From Spirochaetia bacterium (GTDB lineage: Bacteria; Spirochaetota; Spirochaetia; SP-2023): a stretch of 64,000 nucleotides of DNA. The notes beneath the pieces were generated by a model. That model was given only the letters and a program-made list of their open reading frames with translations, did not search any database and was not told the origin of the DNA. Every line of letters begins with the position of its first letter. The stretch's first letter is position 1. Made by a program: the position numbers and the translations under genes. The DNA is taken from the NCBI GenBank assembly GCA_965225855.1, contig CBDDCK010000004.1, positions 279,006 to 343,005 on the forward strand. The letters are read 5' to 3'. Shown piece by piece: positions 12,962-23,698 of this stretch.

Positions 12962-13980
12962 ATGGACTACTTAAACTCCCCTATACTTTTAGAACAAATC
13001 CCGCACAAAACCCTCCTAGATGGCAACACTATCCCGGCTATAGGCTTGGGGACTTTTGGCTCAGACTGCGTTTCTGCTCACGATGTACAGCAAGCTGTAG
13101 AATTTGCCATTCGCATTGGATACCGCCATATCGACTGTGCTAGTGTTTACGCTAATGAAAGAGAAATTGGAACTGCGCTTGCGAGATTGCAACAAGAAAA
13201 AGTTGTAAAGCGTGAAGACCTTTGGATTACCAGTAAAGTCTGGAATGATATGCATAACAAAGTAGAGCGTTCTTGTTACCAAAGTTTAAAAGATTTACAG
13301 CTTGATTATTTGGATTTATATTTAGTTCATTGGCCATTTCCCAATCACCATGCAAAAGGTGTTGCGCAAAATTCGCGTAATCCAAATGCAAAGCCTTATA
13401 ATCACGAAGCTTACGTAAAAACCTGGGAGCAAATGGAGCAACTGCAAAAAAAGGTTTCGTACGCTATATTGGCTGCTCCAATATGAGCATTGCCAAATTA
13501 AAATTGCTGTTGCATGGTGAAAATCGCATAAGGCTTGTTTTTAATCAAATCGAACTCCACCCTCATTTTCAACAACCAAAATTGTTTGACTATATGCAAC
13601 GCCAGGGGATTATACCCATTGCTTATAGTCCGCTCGGTGCTCCGGGGAGGCCGGAGCGGGACCGTATGACCGAAGATACCATAGATATGGAAGACCCCGT
13701 GTTAATAGAAATTGGACAGAGAAATAATTTACATCCTGCCCAAGTTTGCCTTAAATGGGCTTTGCAACGGGGGCAGATACCCATTCCTTTTTCAGCTAAG
13801 CAGAGCAATATTTATGCCAATCTGAAAGCAGTTACTTTACCACCACTTAGTAATGAAGATATGGCGGCCTTGGCAAAAATTGATAAAAATTGTCGCTTGA
13901 TTAAAGGCCAAGTGTTTTTATGGCGTGAAAACCAAGATTGGAATGATTTGTGGGATATTGATGGTATTATTAAACAGTAG
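12962..13980 (+). CDS. Aldo/keto reductase, split by a -1 frameshift at the A7 run 13446-13452
   Basis: PAIGLGTF, GYRHIDCA, DYLDLYLVHWP in ORF1; QIELHP, AYSPLG in ORF2; joining frames restores KKGFVRYIGCSNMS. Confidence 0.88.
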
Positions 13981-14012
13981 CAATATTGGATCTCAAAAAT
14001 AGGTATTAGATT

Positions 14013-15074
14013 ATGAAACAAAAAATGTTAGCAGCCTATTTACCCGGAAACAGCACTGTTCTACTCAAAAATGAAGATATTCCAGAGCCAGGATACGGGC
14101 AAGTTCTACTCAAAATGAAAGCTTCTACCATTTGTGGTAGCGATATTCGCGCAATCTATCGTGAGCATTTAGGTAAAGGTCCAGAACGTTACCAAAACGT
14201 AATTTGTGGCCACGAACCTGCTGGACAAATAATTTCCTGTGGCACAGGATTAAAACGTTTTCAAAAAGGAGATAGAGTTCTGGTTTACCATATATCGGGT
14301 TGCGGTCTTTGTTATGATTGTCGGCGTGGCTACCAAATTAGTTGTTCATCTAAACATCGTGCTGCTTATGGTTGGCAGCGCGACGGTGGTATGGCTGAAT
14401 ATATTGTAACAGAAGAAAAAGATTTAATTGCCCTTCCTGATAGGCTTTCTTATGCAGATGGCGCACAAATTGCTTGTGGTTTTGGTACTGCTTACGAAGG
14501 TCTCGAAAAAATTGGAATTTCTGGAAACGATGCAGTCTTGGTTGTGGGATTGGGTCCAGTTGGTTTAGCAACTCTAATGCTAGCCAAAGCGATGGGAGCC
14601 AACCAGCTTATTGGCGTGGATATAGTAGCTGAACGTTTGGCCCTTGCAAAAGAAAAAAACATTGTTGATGTAGTTTTAGAAACTGGGCCGGATACTTTAG
14701 TGCAATTGCACAAATTGACCAATGGTTATGGTGTGGAACGAGCTATTGATTGTTCTGGCAACGACAAAGGCCGTGAGCTTGCAATTCAAGCTACGCGTAA
14801 ATGGGGGAAAATAGCCTTTATCGGAGAAGGTGGTTCTGTATCTTTCCGGCCATCGCCAGATATAATTCACGACCAAAAAACAATTTATGGTTCTTGGGTT
14901 ACTTCTTTGTGGAAAATGGAAGACTTAGTGGAAAAAGTTGAGCGTTGGGCAATTCAGCCTGCAAATTTAATTACTCATAAATTCCCTCTAAGCAAAGCCA
15001 GTGAAGCATATGCTTTAATGGCAGAAGGAAAATGTGGCAAAGTTGCAATTCTTGCAGAAGAAGAGCTCCTATAA
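14013..15074 (+). CDS. Zn-dependent alcohol/polyol dehydrogenase (YphC-like)
   Basis: ICGSD, GHE, CGLCYDC...C, GLGPVG; N-terminus MLAAYLPGNSTV resembles E. coli YphC. Confidence 0.9.
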   Translation: MKQKMLAAYLPGNSTVLLKNEDIPEPGYGQVLLKMKASTICGSDIRAIYREHLGKGPERYQNVICGHEPAGQIISCGTGLKRFQKGDRVLVYHISGCGLCYDCRRGYQISCSSKHRAAYGWQRDGGMAEYIVTEEKDLIALPDRLSYADGAQIACGFGTAYEGLEKIGISGNDAVLVVGLGPVGLATLMLAKAMGANQLIGVDIVAERLALAKEKNIVDVVLETGPDTLVQLHKLTNGYGVERAIDCSGNDKGRELAIQATRKWGKIAFIGEGGSVSFRPSPDIIHDQKTIYGSWVTSLWKMEDLVEKVERWAIQPANLITHKFPLSKASEAYALMAEGKCGKVAILAEEELL

Positions 15075-15107
15075 ATACATATTTTAGGAAAGATAAGATA
15101 AAAAATT

Positions 15108-16607
15108 ATGCAAGAAATTCTTCGTTTTGAACATATTGACAAACGGTTTATGGGCGTTCACGCTTTAAAAGATATTAGTTTTAATCTATACAATGGCGAG
15201 ATTCACGCCCTAATGGGTGAAAATGGTGCTGGTAAATCTACCTTGATGAAAATATTGACAGGTATCTACAGTAAAGATTCTGGCAAGATATATTTTCAAG
15301 GTGAACTACTCAGCCCTAAAAGCCCTAAAGAAGCTTTAGATCGTGGTATCAGTATTATTCACCAAGAATTAAATATGATGGAGCAACTTAGTGTTACCCA
15401 AAATATTTTTATTGGGCGCGAGTCTTTGCAAAACAATAAATTATTACTTGACGAACAAGCCCAAAATAAACGTGCAGAACAATTATTTCAACAATTAAAT
15501 ATGGATATAAACCCCACGGAATTGATGAGCAACTTGAGTGTGGGTAAACAACAAATGGTGGAAATAGCCAAAGCTGTTTCGTTTGATCTCAAAGTGTTGG
15601 TGTTAGATGAACCTAGTGCAGCACTAACAGAAACGGAGATTAATGAACTTTTTGCCATTATGAAAGATTTGGCAAACAAAGGTGTATCCATGATTTATAT
15701 TTCTCACCGCATGAATGAAATTCATCGAATTACCGATAGAGTTACAGTTATGCGCGATGGGCAATACGTAGCTACTCACAAAACAGCCGAAGTCTCAACT
15801 CAAGATATTATCAATATGATGGTAGGGCGAGTTATTTATGAACAACCTAAATCCAAGAGTATGGTAGCTCCAGATGCAAATATTGTAATGGAAGTATCGA
15901 ATCTCAATTCTGGTAAAATGGTGAACAATATCAGTTTCCAATTGTATAAGGGTGAAATTCTGGGTTTTTATGGCTTAATCGGTGCAGGACGTACGGAAAC
16001 AGCGCGAGCTATTTTTGGTGCTGACGATATTCAAAGCGGGAAAATCAATATTAATGGTCAATTAGCCGATATTAAAAATCCAATTGATGCTGTTCGCTAT
16101 GGCATTGGCTATCTTTCTGAAGACCGCAAGCGCTTTGGCTTGGCTACATCTTTGAATGTTATGGAAAATGCTCTAATGGCTTCTTATGAAGACTATCAAA
16201 TAGCTGGCTTTATCGACAGACAAAAGGCTAAAAAAATTACTAGCGAACATATCAATAAGTTGAAAATTAAAACACCTTCTGTTTACCAAATAGTTTCAAA
16301 ACTTTCAGGGGGCAATCAACAAAAAATTGTTATCGCCAAATGGCTTATCAATGATGCCCAAATATTGATTTTTGATGAACCAACGCGGGGTATTGATGTA
16401 GGGGCTAAAAGTGAAATTTACCATTTAATGAATGAATTAGTACAAAAAGGAAAATCTATTATTATGATTTCTTCAGAATTACCAGAAATATTGCGCATGA
16501 GTGATAGAATCATCGTGATGTGTGAGGGTTCTATCAGCGGAGAATTGGATATAGAAAATTTAAGCCAAGAAATGGTAATGCAGTATGCAACCAAAAGAGA
16601 TTCTTAA
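15108..16607 (+). CDS. Sugar ABC transporter ATP-binding protein (RbsA/MglA type)
   Basis: GENGAGKST, LSGGNQQK, two ABC domains. Confidence 0.95.
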   Translation: MQEILRFEHIDKRFMGVHALKDISFNLYNGEIHALMGENGAGKSTLMKILTGIYSKDSGKIYFQGELLSPKSPKEALDRGISIIHQELNMMEQLSVTQNIFIGRESLQNNKLLLDEQAQNKRAEQLFQQLNMDINPTELMSNLSVGKQQMVEIAKAVSFDLKVLVLDEPSAALTETEINELFAIMKDLANKGVSMIYISHRMNEIHRITDRVTVMRDGQYVATHKTAEVSTQDIINMMVGRVIYEQPKSKSMVAPDANIVMEVSNLNSGKMVNNISFQLYKGEILGFYGLIGAGRTETARAIFGADDIQSGKININGQLADIKNPIDAVRYGIGYLSEDRKRFGLATSLNVMENALMASYEDYQIAGFIDRQKAKKITSEHINKLKIKTPSVYQIVSKLSGGNQQKIVIAKWLINDAQILIFDEPTRGIDVGAKSEIYHLMNELVQKGKSIIMISSELPEILRMSDRIIVMCEGSISGELDIENLSQEMVMQYATKRDS

Positions 16608-17649
16608 AAACGAAATACTGAAAGAAAAAAGGATAAACACGATAAATACTATGTCTGAAAAAAATTTTGCTAATGTGTTGCAACAATTCTTGGCCCTAGC
16701 ATCTTTGATAATTCTATATATCTTTTTTGCTCTTTTTGGTCGAAACTTTTTTTCTTTTTCCTCTCTAATTAACATTTTAGATGCTTCATATTATATTGGT
16801 TTTCTAGCTATTGGGGTTACTTTTGTGATTATTACGGGTGGTATTGATTTGTCTTGTGGTACTGTCATGATGGCTGCAGCAATTGTCGGTGGCACCGCAT
16901 ATAAGTCCTGGAACTGGCCAATGTGGCTTTCACTGTTGTTAATTTTATTCGTAGCTATTTTATTTGGTGTTCTCAACGGTTTGATGATCACTCGTTTAAA
17001 AATTCCACCTTTTATTGCAACGCTGGGTACTATGATGATCTCTATGGGAGTAGGCTCTATTGTTTCCAACGTACGTAGTGCTACGTTTCCGACCCGTTCT
17101 GAACCAGATGGCTGGTTTAAAGATGTCTTCAAATACTTAGAAGAAAATAATACTTTTCCTACGGGCTTTATGGTATTATTTGGGGCTGCGTGTATTTGCC
17201 ATATTATTTTGACGAAAACGAAAATGGGACGCTATATTTTTGCTATTGGTTCTAATAAACAAGCAGCCCACCTTTCGGGAGTAGATGTTGTCCGTTGGGA
17301 ATGTATGAGTTATGTAATTAGTGGCTTGATGGCTGGCATTGGAGCAATCGCTTTTGCTGCAGTCTATACAACGATACTGCCTGCTCAAGGCCAAGGGTTT
17401 GAACTTTACGCTATCGCAGGCGCAGTAATTGGAGGTACCTCATTAGCTGGTGGTATCGGTTCGGTATTTGGTACATTGATAGGTGTCTATATTATGAGTA
17501 CACTCCGTGTGGGTTTACCTTCAATGGATTTACAATCCCATTATCAGACTTTCTTTACTGGTTTAGTAGTGATTGGAGCTGTGTTACTGGACTTGTATCG
17601 CAATAAAAAAGCAAATCAAGTGCGTATTCCCAAAGTATCTGCAAAATAG
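16585..17649 (+). CDS. Sugar ABC transporter permease (RbsC type)
   Basis: GGIDLS, IPPFIATLG, IGGTSLAGGIG; start may be 16651. Confidence 0.93.
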   Translation: MQPKEILKNEILKEKRINTINTMSEKNFANVLQQFLALASLIILYIFFALFGRNFFSFSSLINILDASYYIGFLAIGVTFVIITGGIDLSCGTVMMAAAIVGGTAYKSWNWPMWLSLLLILFVAILFGVLNGLMITRLKIPPFIATLGTMMISMGVGSIVSNVRSATFPTRSEPDGWFKDVFKYLEENNTFPTGFMVLFGAACICHIILTKTKMGRYIFAIGSNKQAAHLSGVDVVRWECMSYVISGLMAGIGAIAFAAVYTTILPAQGQGFELYAIAGAVIGGTSLAGGIGSVFGTLIGVYIMSTLRVGLPSMDLQSHYQTFFTGLVVIGAVLLDLYRNKKANQVRIPKVSAK

Positions 17650-17765
17650 GAAAATTCAAAAATAATGTAGGAGGCTAATATGTGTTGATATATACATTTC
17701 AAACAACAAAAATCATAAGCAGAGGCTTTGCTCAATCTTAACAAAAATCAAAAAGGATAGAACAT

Positions 17766-18854
17766 ATGAAAAAAATTCTTTTAACTTCTGCCATATTGCT
17801 TGGCCTGGTATCTTTGTTGATGCCTTCATCATTATTTGCCCGTGGCTCTTCGGGAGGAAAGCCTTACATTGCCGTAGTCTCCAAAGGGGAACAGCATGAT
17901 TTTTGGCAACAAGTAAAACGAGGTGCAAACGATGCAGCTGAAAAATATGGTATAGATATGACTTTTGAAGGGCCACCTTCAGAAAGTGATGTGCAAATTC
18001 AAGTCGAAATGCTGAATAATGCGATAGCTAAAGCTCCTGTTGCGGTTGCTTTGGCAGCATTAGATACCAAGTCTGTTATCGACCAACTAAAACAGCTAAA
18101 GGCTAAAAAAATCCCTGTTATCGGTTTTGACTCTGGTGTTCCCGAAGCTCCGGCAGGTTCGATTGTAGCCAATGCTTCAACAGACAACCGTGCGGCTGCC
18201 GGTGTAGCTGCAAAGGAAATGTTTGGTAAAATCAAATTGGCAATTATGGCTGCGACAGTAGATAATCCAGTCAAAATTGTTGTTATGAACCAAGATGCTA
18301 CCAGTGAATCAATTTTAAGTCGCGGTAAAGGTTTTCGCGATACCATGCTGAAATTGCTTATGGATAATGGTATTGCCAAAAGCGATATAGCAGTAATGGG
18401 CAATCCAGCTTTTATTGCCAGTGATAACCCTACTACTGGGGGCAAAGTTTTTATCGAAATGATCGTCCCCGCTTCTTCCAATAATACCGATGTAACTGCC
18501 TCGGCTTCGGCTATTTTGAATAAAATGGCTTCGGATAAAATTTTGGGAATATTTTGTTCTAACGAAGCTACTGTAAAAGGCATTTTAGCTGCAACCAATG
18601 ACGGGGCTGACTTAGCCAACAATGACTTAGTTGTGATCGGTTTTGATGCTGGAGCAGGGCAAAAAAATGCAGTTCGCAAAGGCTATTTTGCTGGTTCTAT
18701 AACTCAAGACCCTTATTCTATTGGTTACAAAGCAGTAGAATTAGCTTACAAATCGTATAAAGGTGAATCTGTTGCCGATATTGATACGGGTGCAAAATTC
18801 TACACCGCAGAAAATATGAATAATTCTGACATCGCTCCGCTGCTTTACGATTAA
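17766..18854 (+). CDS. Sugar ABC transporter substrate-binding protein
   Basis: Signal peptide, FWQQVKRG, IPVIGFDSG, QDPYSIGY. Confidence 0.92.
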   Translation: MKKILLTSAILLGLVSLLMPSSLFARGSSGGKPYIAVVSKGEQHDFWQQVKRGANDAAEKYGIDMTFEGPPSESDVQIQVEMLNNAIAKAPVAVALAALDTKSVIDQLKQLKAKKIPVIGFDSGVPEAPAGSIVANASTDNRAAAGVAAKEMFGKIKLAIMAATVDNPVKIVVMNQDATSESILSRGKGFRDTMLKLLMDNGIAKSDIAVMGNPAFIASDNPTTGGKVFIEMIVPASSNNTDVTASASAILNKMASDKILGIFCSNEATVKGILAATNDGADLANNDLVVIGFDAGAGQKNAVRKGYFAGSITQDPYSIGYKAVELAYKSYKGESVADIDTGAKFYTAENMNNSDIAPLLYD

Positions 18855-18863
18855 AAAACGTCA

Positions 18864-18913
18864 AATACTGGATTTGGATATTTTATTTATTACTAATATC
18901 TTAATCCAGTATT
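18864..18913 (+). terminator. Stem-loop after the substrate-binding protein gene
   Basis: AATACTGGAT ... ATCCAGTATT inverted repeat. Confidence 0.45.
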
Positions 18914-18961
18914 CTGGTATTTACAAAATTTTATATATATTCCCTGGACTCTGGAGGGTTT

Positions 18962-19063
18962 ATGAAAAGGTCTAAAAGCTTTATTTTTATATTTGTAGTG
19001 ATCTCTACATTAAGTATTCTGTTTTCTTGTTCCCGCAAAATCCCAAATGGATCGGGGGGTTAA
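18962..19063 (+). pseudogene. Short or truncated lipoprotein ORF (33 aa)
   Basis: GGAGG RBS; MKRSKSFIFIFVVISTLSILFSC signal with lipobox, stop just after a G6 run. Confidence 0.45.
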
Positions 19064-19216
19064 ATAAGAAAGAAATTAACCTTTTCTGTCAATATATCTC
19101 CAATACTTACTTTAGATTTTTGGGTTAGAAGATTTGCCACCACAAGAGCAAATGCTTATCCATTAAATGTTTATTTATTATTGAGAATTTTTTTGATTAT
19201 TGAAGAGGATTGTTTG

Positions 19217-19867
19217 ATGTTACTTGAATTGCAGCGTATCCAAATAATTGAATATTGTCGTAAACTAATTGCTTCAGGATTGACCAATGGTACAGCCGGG
19301 AATGCTTCGATATACGATAAAGAGACTAATTTAGTAGCTATTTCGCCAACTGGTATTAATTATGATACTTTAGAACCGCAAGATGTATCGATCATTACTC
19401 TCGAAGGCAATCTGATTGAAGGTCTAGTATCGTCAAGCGAAGTGAGCATGCATTTAAAGCCCTATCAGTATCGCGATGATATTTTTGCTGTTTTGCATGG
19501 GCATACTACTTACGCCACAGTTTTGGCTGTAATGCGTTGTGAATTACCCGCTATTGACTATATGATCGCGGTTGCCGGTGGAAATAATGTACGTTGTTCA
19601 AAATATGCAACCTATGGTACAAAAGAGCTAGCGCAAAATGTTCACGAAGCAATGAAAGAACGAAGGGCTGTTCTTCTGGCAAATCACGGTCTATTGACAG
19701 GAGCACAAGATATGAAAAATGCTTATAATATCATGGAACAAGTAGAGTATATCAGTAAGCTATATGTTTTAGCTAAAAGTAGTGGTATTGCGGAGCCTGT
19801 GATTCTCGATGACTTAGAAATGCAGTTAATGCTCAAAAAATTTCAGACCTATGGCCAGGTAAAATAA
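19217..19867 (+). CDS. fucA: L-fuculose-phosphate aldolase (class II)
   Basis: GTAGNAS, ISPTG, SSE..MH, HGH, LLANHG; adjacent to fucU/fucI. Confidence 0.85.
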   Translation: MLLELQRIQIIEYCRKLIASGLTNGTAGNASIYDKETNLVAISPTGINYDTLEPQDVSIITLEGNLIEGLVSSSEVSMHLKPYQYRDDIFAVLHGHTTYATVLAVMRCELPAIDYMIAVAGGNNVRCSKYATYGTKELAQNVHEAMKERRAVLLANHGLLTGAQDMKNAYNIMEQVEYISKLYVLAKSSGIAEPVILDDLEMQLMLKKFQTYGQVK

Positions 19868-20011
19868 GATTGGCGGTAACCAAGATTGATACTTTGTCCA
19901 GAAATTACAACACTTCAGTTCCTACGAAATAAAGCTAGGCTCTACCGAAAGCTTCAGTATTAGGTAATACAAAGCTTGCAGTAATTTTATTAGTAAACTA
20001 TAGGAGTTACG

Positions 20012-20437
20012 ATGTTAAAAACAATACCCGAGATATTGCCACCCAAATTATTGAAAATTTTAATGGAGATGGCAACTTTCCGGCTGCTTCAATTGCTAAA
20101 ATCTTCTGATATCAATTTAGTGTACTGTAATGGGCATAATATCCCAGAAATACTAGAAGCTTTTATGCAATTGTTTCCACTTGAAAAAACTTTTACGAAA
20201 AAAGATTCTGTTGCTTTCTTAATGGGTATAGAACCCCATCACAAAGATGAAATACCCATACCTGAACGATGGCAAGAATATAAAACAATTTTGCAACAGT
20301 ATGAACCAAGTTTTTCTGAATTTGCGATACTTGATCGTTTTGCATTCTACGATCGTGCTAGACTTTGTTATGCGATAGTTGCTACTAACGATAAAGCCAT
20401 TTACACCAATATTATTATTAAAAAAGGTGTCTTATAA
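20012..20437 (+). pseudogene. fucU: L-fucose mutarotase (RbsD/FucU family) lacking the GHGD segment
   Basis: MLKTIP...LMEM and RFAFYDRA...YTNIIIKKGV termini; GNFPAASIAK is out of frame at 20071-20100. Confidence 0.75.
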
Positions 20438-20471
20438 ATACCTTAACTTTTATATATAGGGAAATAAAATT

Positions 20472-22259
20472 ATGTATGAACTGAAAAACGAGTTGCCAAA
20501 AATTGGTATTCGCCCCGCTATTGATGGCCGGCGAGAAGGTATCCGCGAATCGCTTGAAGGGCGGACAATGGCGATGGCTCTAAATTTGCAAAATTTTTTG
20601 GAAAGTCAATTACGCCATCCCTCCGGTGAAAAAGTAGAATGTGTCATAGCTGAAACTTGCATTGGTGGGGTGGCTGAAGCAGCCCGCTGTGAACAGCAAT
20701 TCATCAATCAAAATGTGGGGCTTTCTATAACGGTTACTCCTTGTTGGTGTTATGGTACAGAAACAATTGATATGACTCAAGGTATTCCTAAAGCAATTTG
20801 GGGTTTTAACGGTACCGCACGCCCTGGAGCCGTTTATTTGGCAGCAGCTTTAGCTGCTCACGATCAGCTAGGTATACCGGCTTTTGGCATTTATGGCAGT
20901 GAAGTCCAAGAACCAGATGACACAAGTATTCCTAGTGATGTACAAAGTAAAATTCTTTGTTTTGTACAGGCTGGATTAGCTACAGCTTACATGAAGGGCA
21001 AAAGTTATCTTGCTTTAGGTTCTGTATCTATGGGTATTGCTGGTTCAGTCGTCAACCAAGAATTTTTATCCGATTATCTAGGCATGCGTACAGAATTTAT
21101 CGATATGACTGAAATTAAGCGTCGCTTAGAGCTAGGTATTTACGATGTAGAAGAATATCAAAAAGCTTTAGCATGGACGAAAGCAAACTGTAAAGAAGGC
21201 CAAGATATTAACAAAAAAATTCGCAACGCTGCCCAAAAAGACAAAGAATGGGAAACCGTTGTCAAGATGACGTTAATTACTCGCGATTTGATGATTGGCA
21301 ATCCAAAGCTGGCAGAGATGGGCTACCTTGAAGAAGCAGAAGGACACAATGCTATTGCAAGTGGCTTTCAAGGCCAACGCCATTGGACCGATTACATGCC
21401 CAACGGCGATTTTATGGAAGCAATCCTCAATTCTTCTTTCGATTGGAATGGCATTCGTAAGCCGTTTATTGTAGCTACAGAAAACGATCACTTAAATGGA
21501 ATTTCGATGTTGTTTGGGCATTTACTTTCCAAGCAAGCTCAAGTTTTTGCCGATGTACGCACTTATTGGAGCCCTGATGCTGTAGAACAAGCTACAGGCC
21601 AAAGGCTTGGTGGCAAAGCTTCCAAAGGTATGATCCATCTGATCAATTCAGGTTCGGCCTCCTTAGATGCTACTGGTAAGTTGCAAGATAAACGAGGAAA
21701 TCCTTGTATGAAACCGTTTTGGGAAATTAGTAAAACCGAAGCTGAAGCTTGCCTTCAAGTGACAACATGGCCAGCAGCTAACTACGAATATTTCCGTGGT
21801 GGTGGATTTTCTTCCTGTTTTCTCACCGATGCACAGATGCCCTTAACGATGATTCGTCTAAATTTGATTAAAGGACTCGGCCCGGTTTTACAAATTGCGG
21901 AAGGCTATTCTCTCAAAATTGCAGCAGAAATTCACGACAAACTAAACTTGGTAACCGATCCAACTTGGCCAACCACTTGGTTTGTGCCGAATCTCACCGG
22001 TCAAGGGGCATTTACCGACGTCTATTCTGTGATGAATCATTGGGGGGCCAACCATGGGGCTTTTACCTATGGGCATATCGGCCATTTATACATTGCTTTG
22101 GCGGCAATATTGCGCATTCCTGTTGCAATGCATAATGTAGCAGAAGCTAGAATATTCCGGCCCAAAATCTGGAGTGCGTTTGGTACTCAAAATTTGGAAA
22201 GTGCTGATTTTCGCGCCTGTGATGCTTTGGGCCCATTGTATGGCAAACTGAAGCGTTAG
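20472..22259 (+). CDS. fucI: L-fucose isomerase
   Basis: [41 protein letters not shown]. Confidence 0.97.
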   Translation: MYELKNELPKIGIRPAIDGRREGIRESLEGRTMAMALNLQNFLESQLRHPSGEKVECVIAETCIGGVAEAARCEQQFINQNVGLSITVTPCWCYGTETIDMTQGIPKAIWGFNGTARPGAVYLAAALAAHDQLGIPAFGIYGSEVQEPDDTSIPSDVQSKILCFVQAGLATAYMKGKSYLALGSVSMGIAGSVVNQEFLSDYLGMRTEFIDMTEIKRRLELGIYDVEEYQKALAWTKANCKEGQDINKKIRNAAQKDKEWETVVKMTLITRDLMIGNPKLAEMGYLEEAEGHNAIASGFQGQRHWTDYMPNGDFMEAILNSSFDWNGIRKPFIVATENDHLNGISMLFGHLLSKQAQVFADVRTYWSPDAVEQATGQRLGGKASKGMIHLINSGSASLDATGKLQDKRGNPCMKPFWEISKTEAEACLQVTTWPAANYEYFRGGGFSSCFLTDAQMPLTMIRLNLIKGLGPVLQIAEGYSLKIAAEIHDKLNLVTDPTWPTTWFVPNLTGQGAFTDVYSVMNHWGANHGAFTYGHIGHLYIALAAILRIPVAMHNVAEARIFRPKIWSAFGTQNLESADFRACDALGPLYGKLKR

Positions 22260-22266
22260 TTTAAAA

Positions 22267-22315
22267 AATCTGTTTAGAGCGTTTATTATTTTTAGACCAT
22301 AGCTCTAAACAGATT
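22267..22315 (+). terminator. 14-bp perfect inverted repeat after fucI
   Basis: AATCTGTTTAGAGC ... GCTCTAAACAGATT. Confidence 0.55.
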
Positions 22316-22379
22316 ATAGACATACTAATATATTTTCGTTAGATTAGCGGGCAGTTTCCAGTTTATCATGGAAGCTTTA

Positions 22380-22466
22380 GGAGAGATGCCAGAGTGGTTG
22401 AATGGAGCGGTCTCGAAAATCGTTGTAGGTTTCGGCTTACCGAGGGTTCGAATCCCTCTCTCTCCG
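22380..22466 (+). tRNA. tRNA-Ser(CGA)
   Basis: GGAGAGATGCCAGAGTGG...CTCGAAA anticodon loop, long variable arm, GGTTCGAATCCC, acceptor TCTCTCC. Confidence 0.95.
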
Positions 22467-22579
22467 ATATATTTTGTAAGCTAGTTATTTAATGCTACCA
22501 TAGCAAATGGTTGATAAACGGTTGATCATTTGTGTTCTTGCAATTATAACAAGAATGAAATTCTATCATCGAGCATTTA

Positions 22580-23410
22580 ATGGATCATTTAAACGAATAT
22601 AAAAAATCATATTATTCGCAGTTTGGTGAAGAAGGTATATTAGAAGAAATATTTGAAAGATTAGATATTTCTACGGAATGGAGGGGTATTTTCTGTGAAT
22701 TTGGAGCATGGGATGGAAAACATCTTTCAAATACCTACTATTTTTATAAAGAAAAAGGCTGGACAGGGTTGTATATAGAAGCAGACCCAGAGAAGATAAG
22801 AGACTTATACAAAAACATTCCCGATGAAAATATTAAAAAAGAAAATTCGCTGGTGGAAATTGCAGGTGAAAATAGTCTGGATAATATTTTCCAACGGAAT
22901 AATATGCCCAAGGAAATTGATTTACTATCAATAGATATTGATAGTGATGATTATGCTGTCTGGGAAAATTTTGTAAACTATAGTTCTAAAGTTGTGGTGA
23001 TAGAGATCAATCCATCAATACCTATGCACATTGAATATATACAAAAAGCTGGTAGCAATAAGGGAAATTCAGCTAGGGCTATGTATAATCTTGGCATTGC
23101 AAAAGGTTATTCATTAGTTGCGTCTACAAAGTGCAATTTATTTTTCGTTAAGAAAAGCCTATGCTCAAAATTAAAAATCCAAGAGGACTTGGCGTTAGAA
23201 TCTGTATTTACGCCATCTGCATGTTTATTTATGACTTACGATGGCAAAGTTGAACGCCATAATTCTGAAAGTGTCTCCCATCTTTGGACAGGGCAGGAAA
23301 TAGTCGTGCTACCTGTTAAAAGAACTCCAATAAGAAGATTTTTTATATCTGTATTAAAAGTTTTGCATGTTTATCCTATAGCTAAGCTTATTTATAGAAA
23401 ATTTTTGTAA
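22580..23410 (+). CDS. FkbM-like SAM-dependent methyltransferase family protein
   Basis: YSQFGEEG, CEFGAWDG...SNT, DLLSIDIDSDDY; AT-rich. Confidence 0.7.
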   Translation: MDHLNEYKKSYYSQFGEEGILEEIFERLDISTEWRGIFCEFGAWDGKHLSNTYYFYKEKGWTGLYIEADPEKIRDLYKNIPDENIKKENSLVEIAGENSLDNIFQRNNMPKEIDLLSIDIDSDDYAVWENFVNYSSKVVVIEINPSIPMHIEYIQKAGSNKGNSARAMYNLGIAKGYSLVASTKCNLFFVKKSLCSKLKIQEDLALESVFTPSACLFMTYDGKVERHNSESVSHLWTGQEIVVLPVKRTPIRRFFISVLKVLHVYPIAKLIYRKFL

Positions 23411-23622
23411 AAACGTCTGATTATACGATAAAAATTTTCATGAGTGGTATAAAACCAAAAAACAACCGATCTACCCGATTTGACAGAATTGCCCGCAATA
23501 TCTGAATTGCCAGATATATTGAGCGAATCCGACTTAGCTTCCTTGGCTACTTTAACCAACCCAAAGCAACAAACCCAAAACACTGTATGGCCAAAGTTGT
23601 TTGCGCAAAGCGCTTTCGGTAT

Positions 23623-23698
23623 ATACGGGAAGAGCTTCGACTAAATACGGGAAGAGCCCCGACTAAATACGGAGAGAGCTTCGGCTAAATACGGGAAG
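23623..23698. repeat. Tandem repeat, ~3.5 copies of a 22-bp unit
   Basis: (AA)ATACGGGAAGAGCTTCGACTAA-like units. Confidence 0.85.

Noticed and set aside
17999..18679. 226-aa antisense ORF
   Set aside because: Mirror of the substrate-binding protein gene, with no recognisable motifs
22380..23410. Integrative element at tRNA-Ser
   Set aside because: The downstream gene is AT-rich, but I saw no integrase or repeated tRNA 3' end
23623..23698. CRISPR array or plasmid origin
   Set aside because: Contiguous tandem units without spacers; no rep gene nearby
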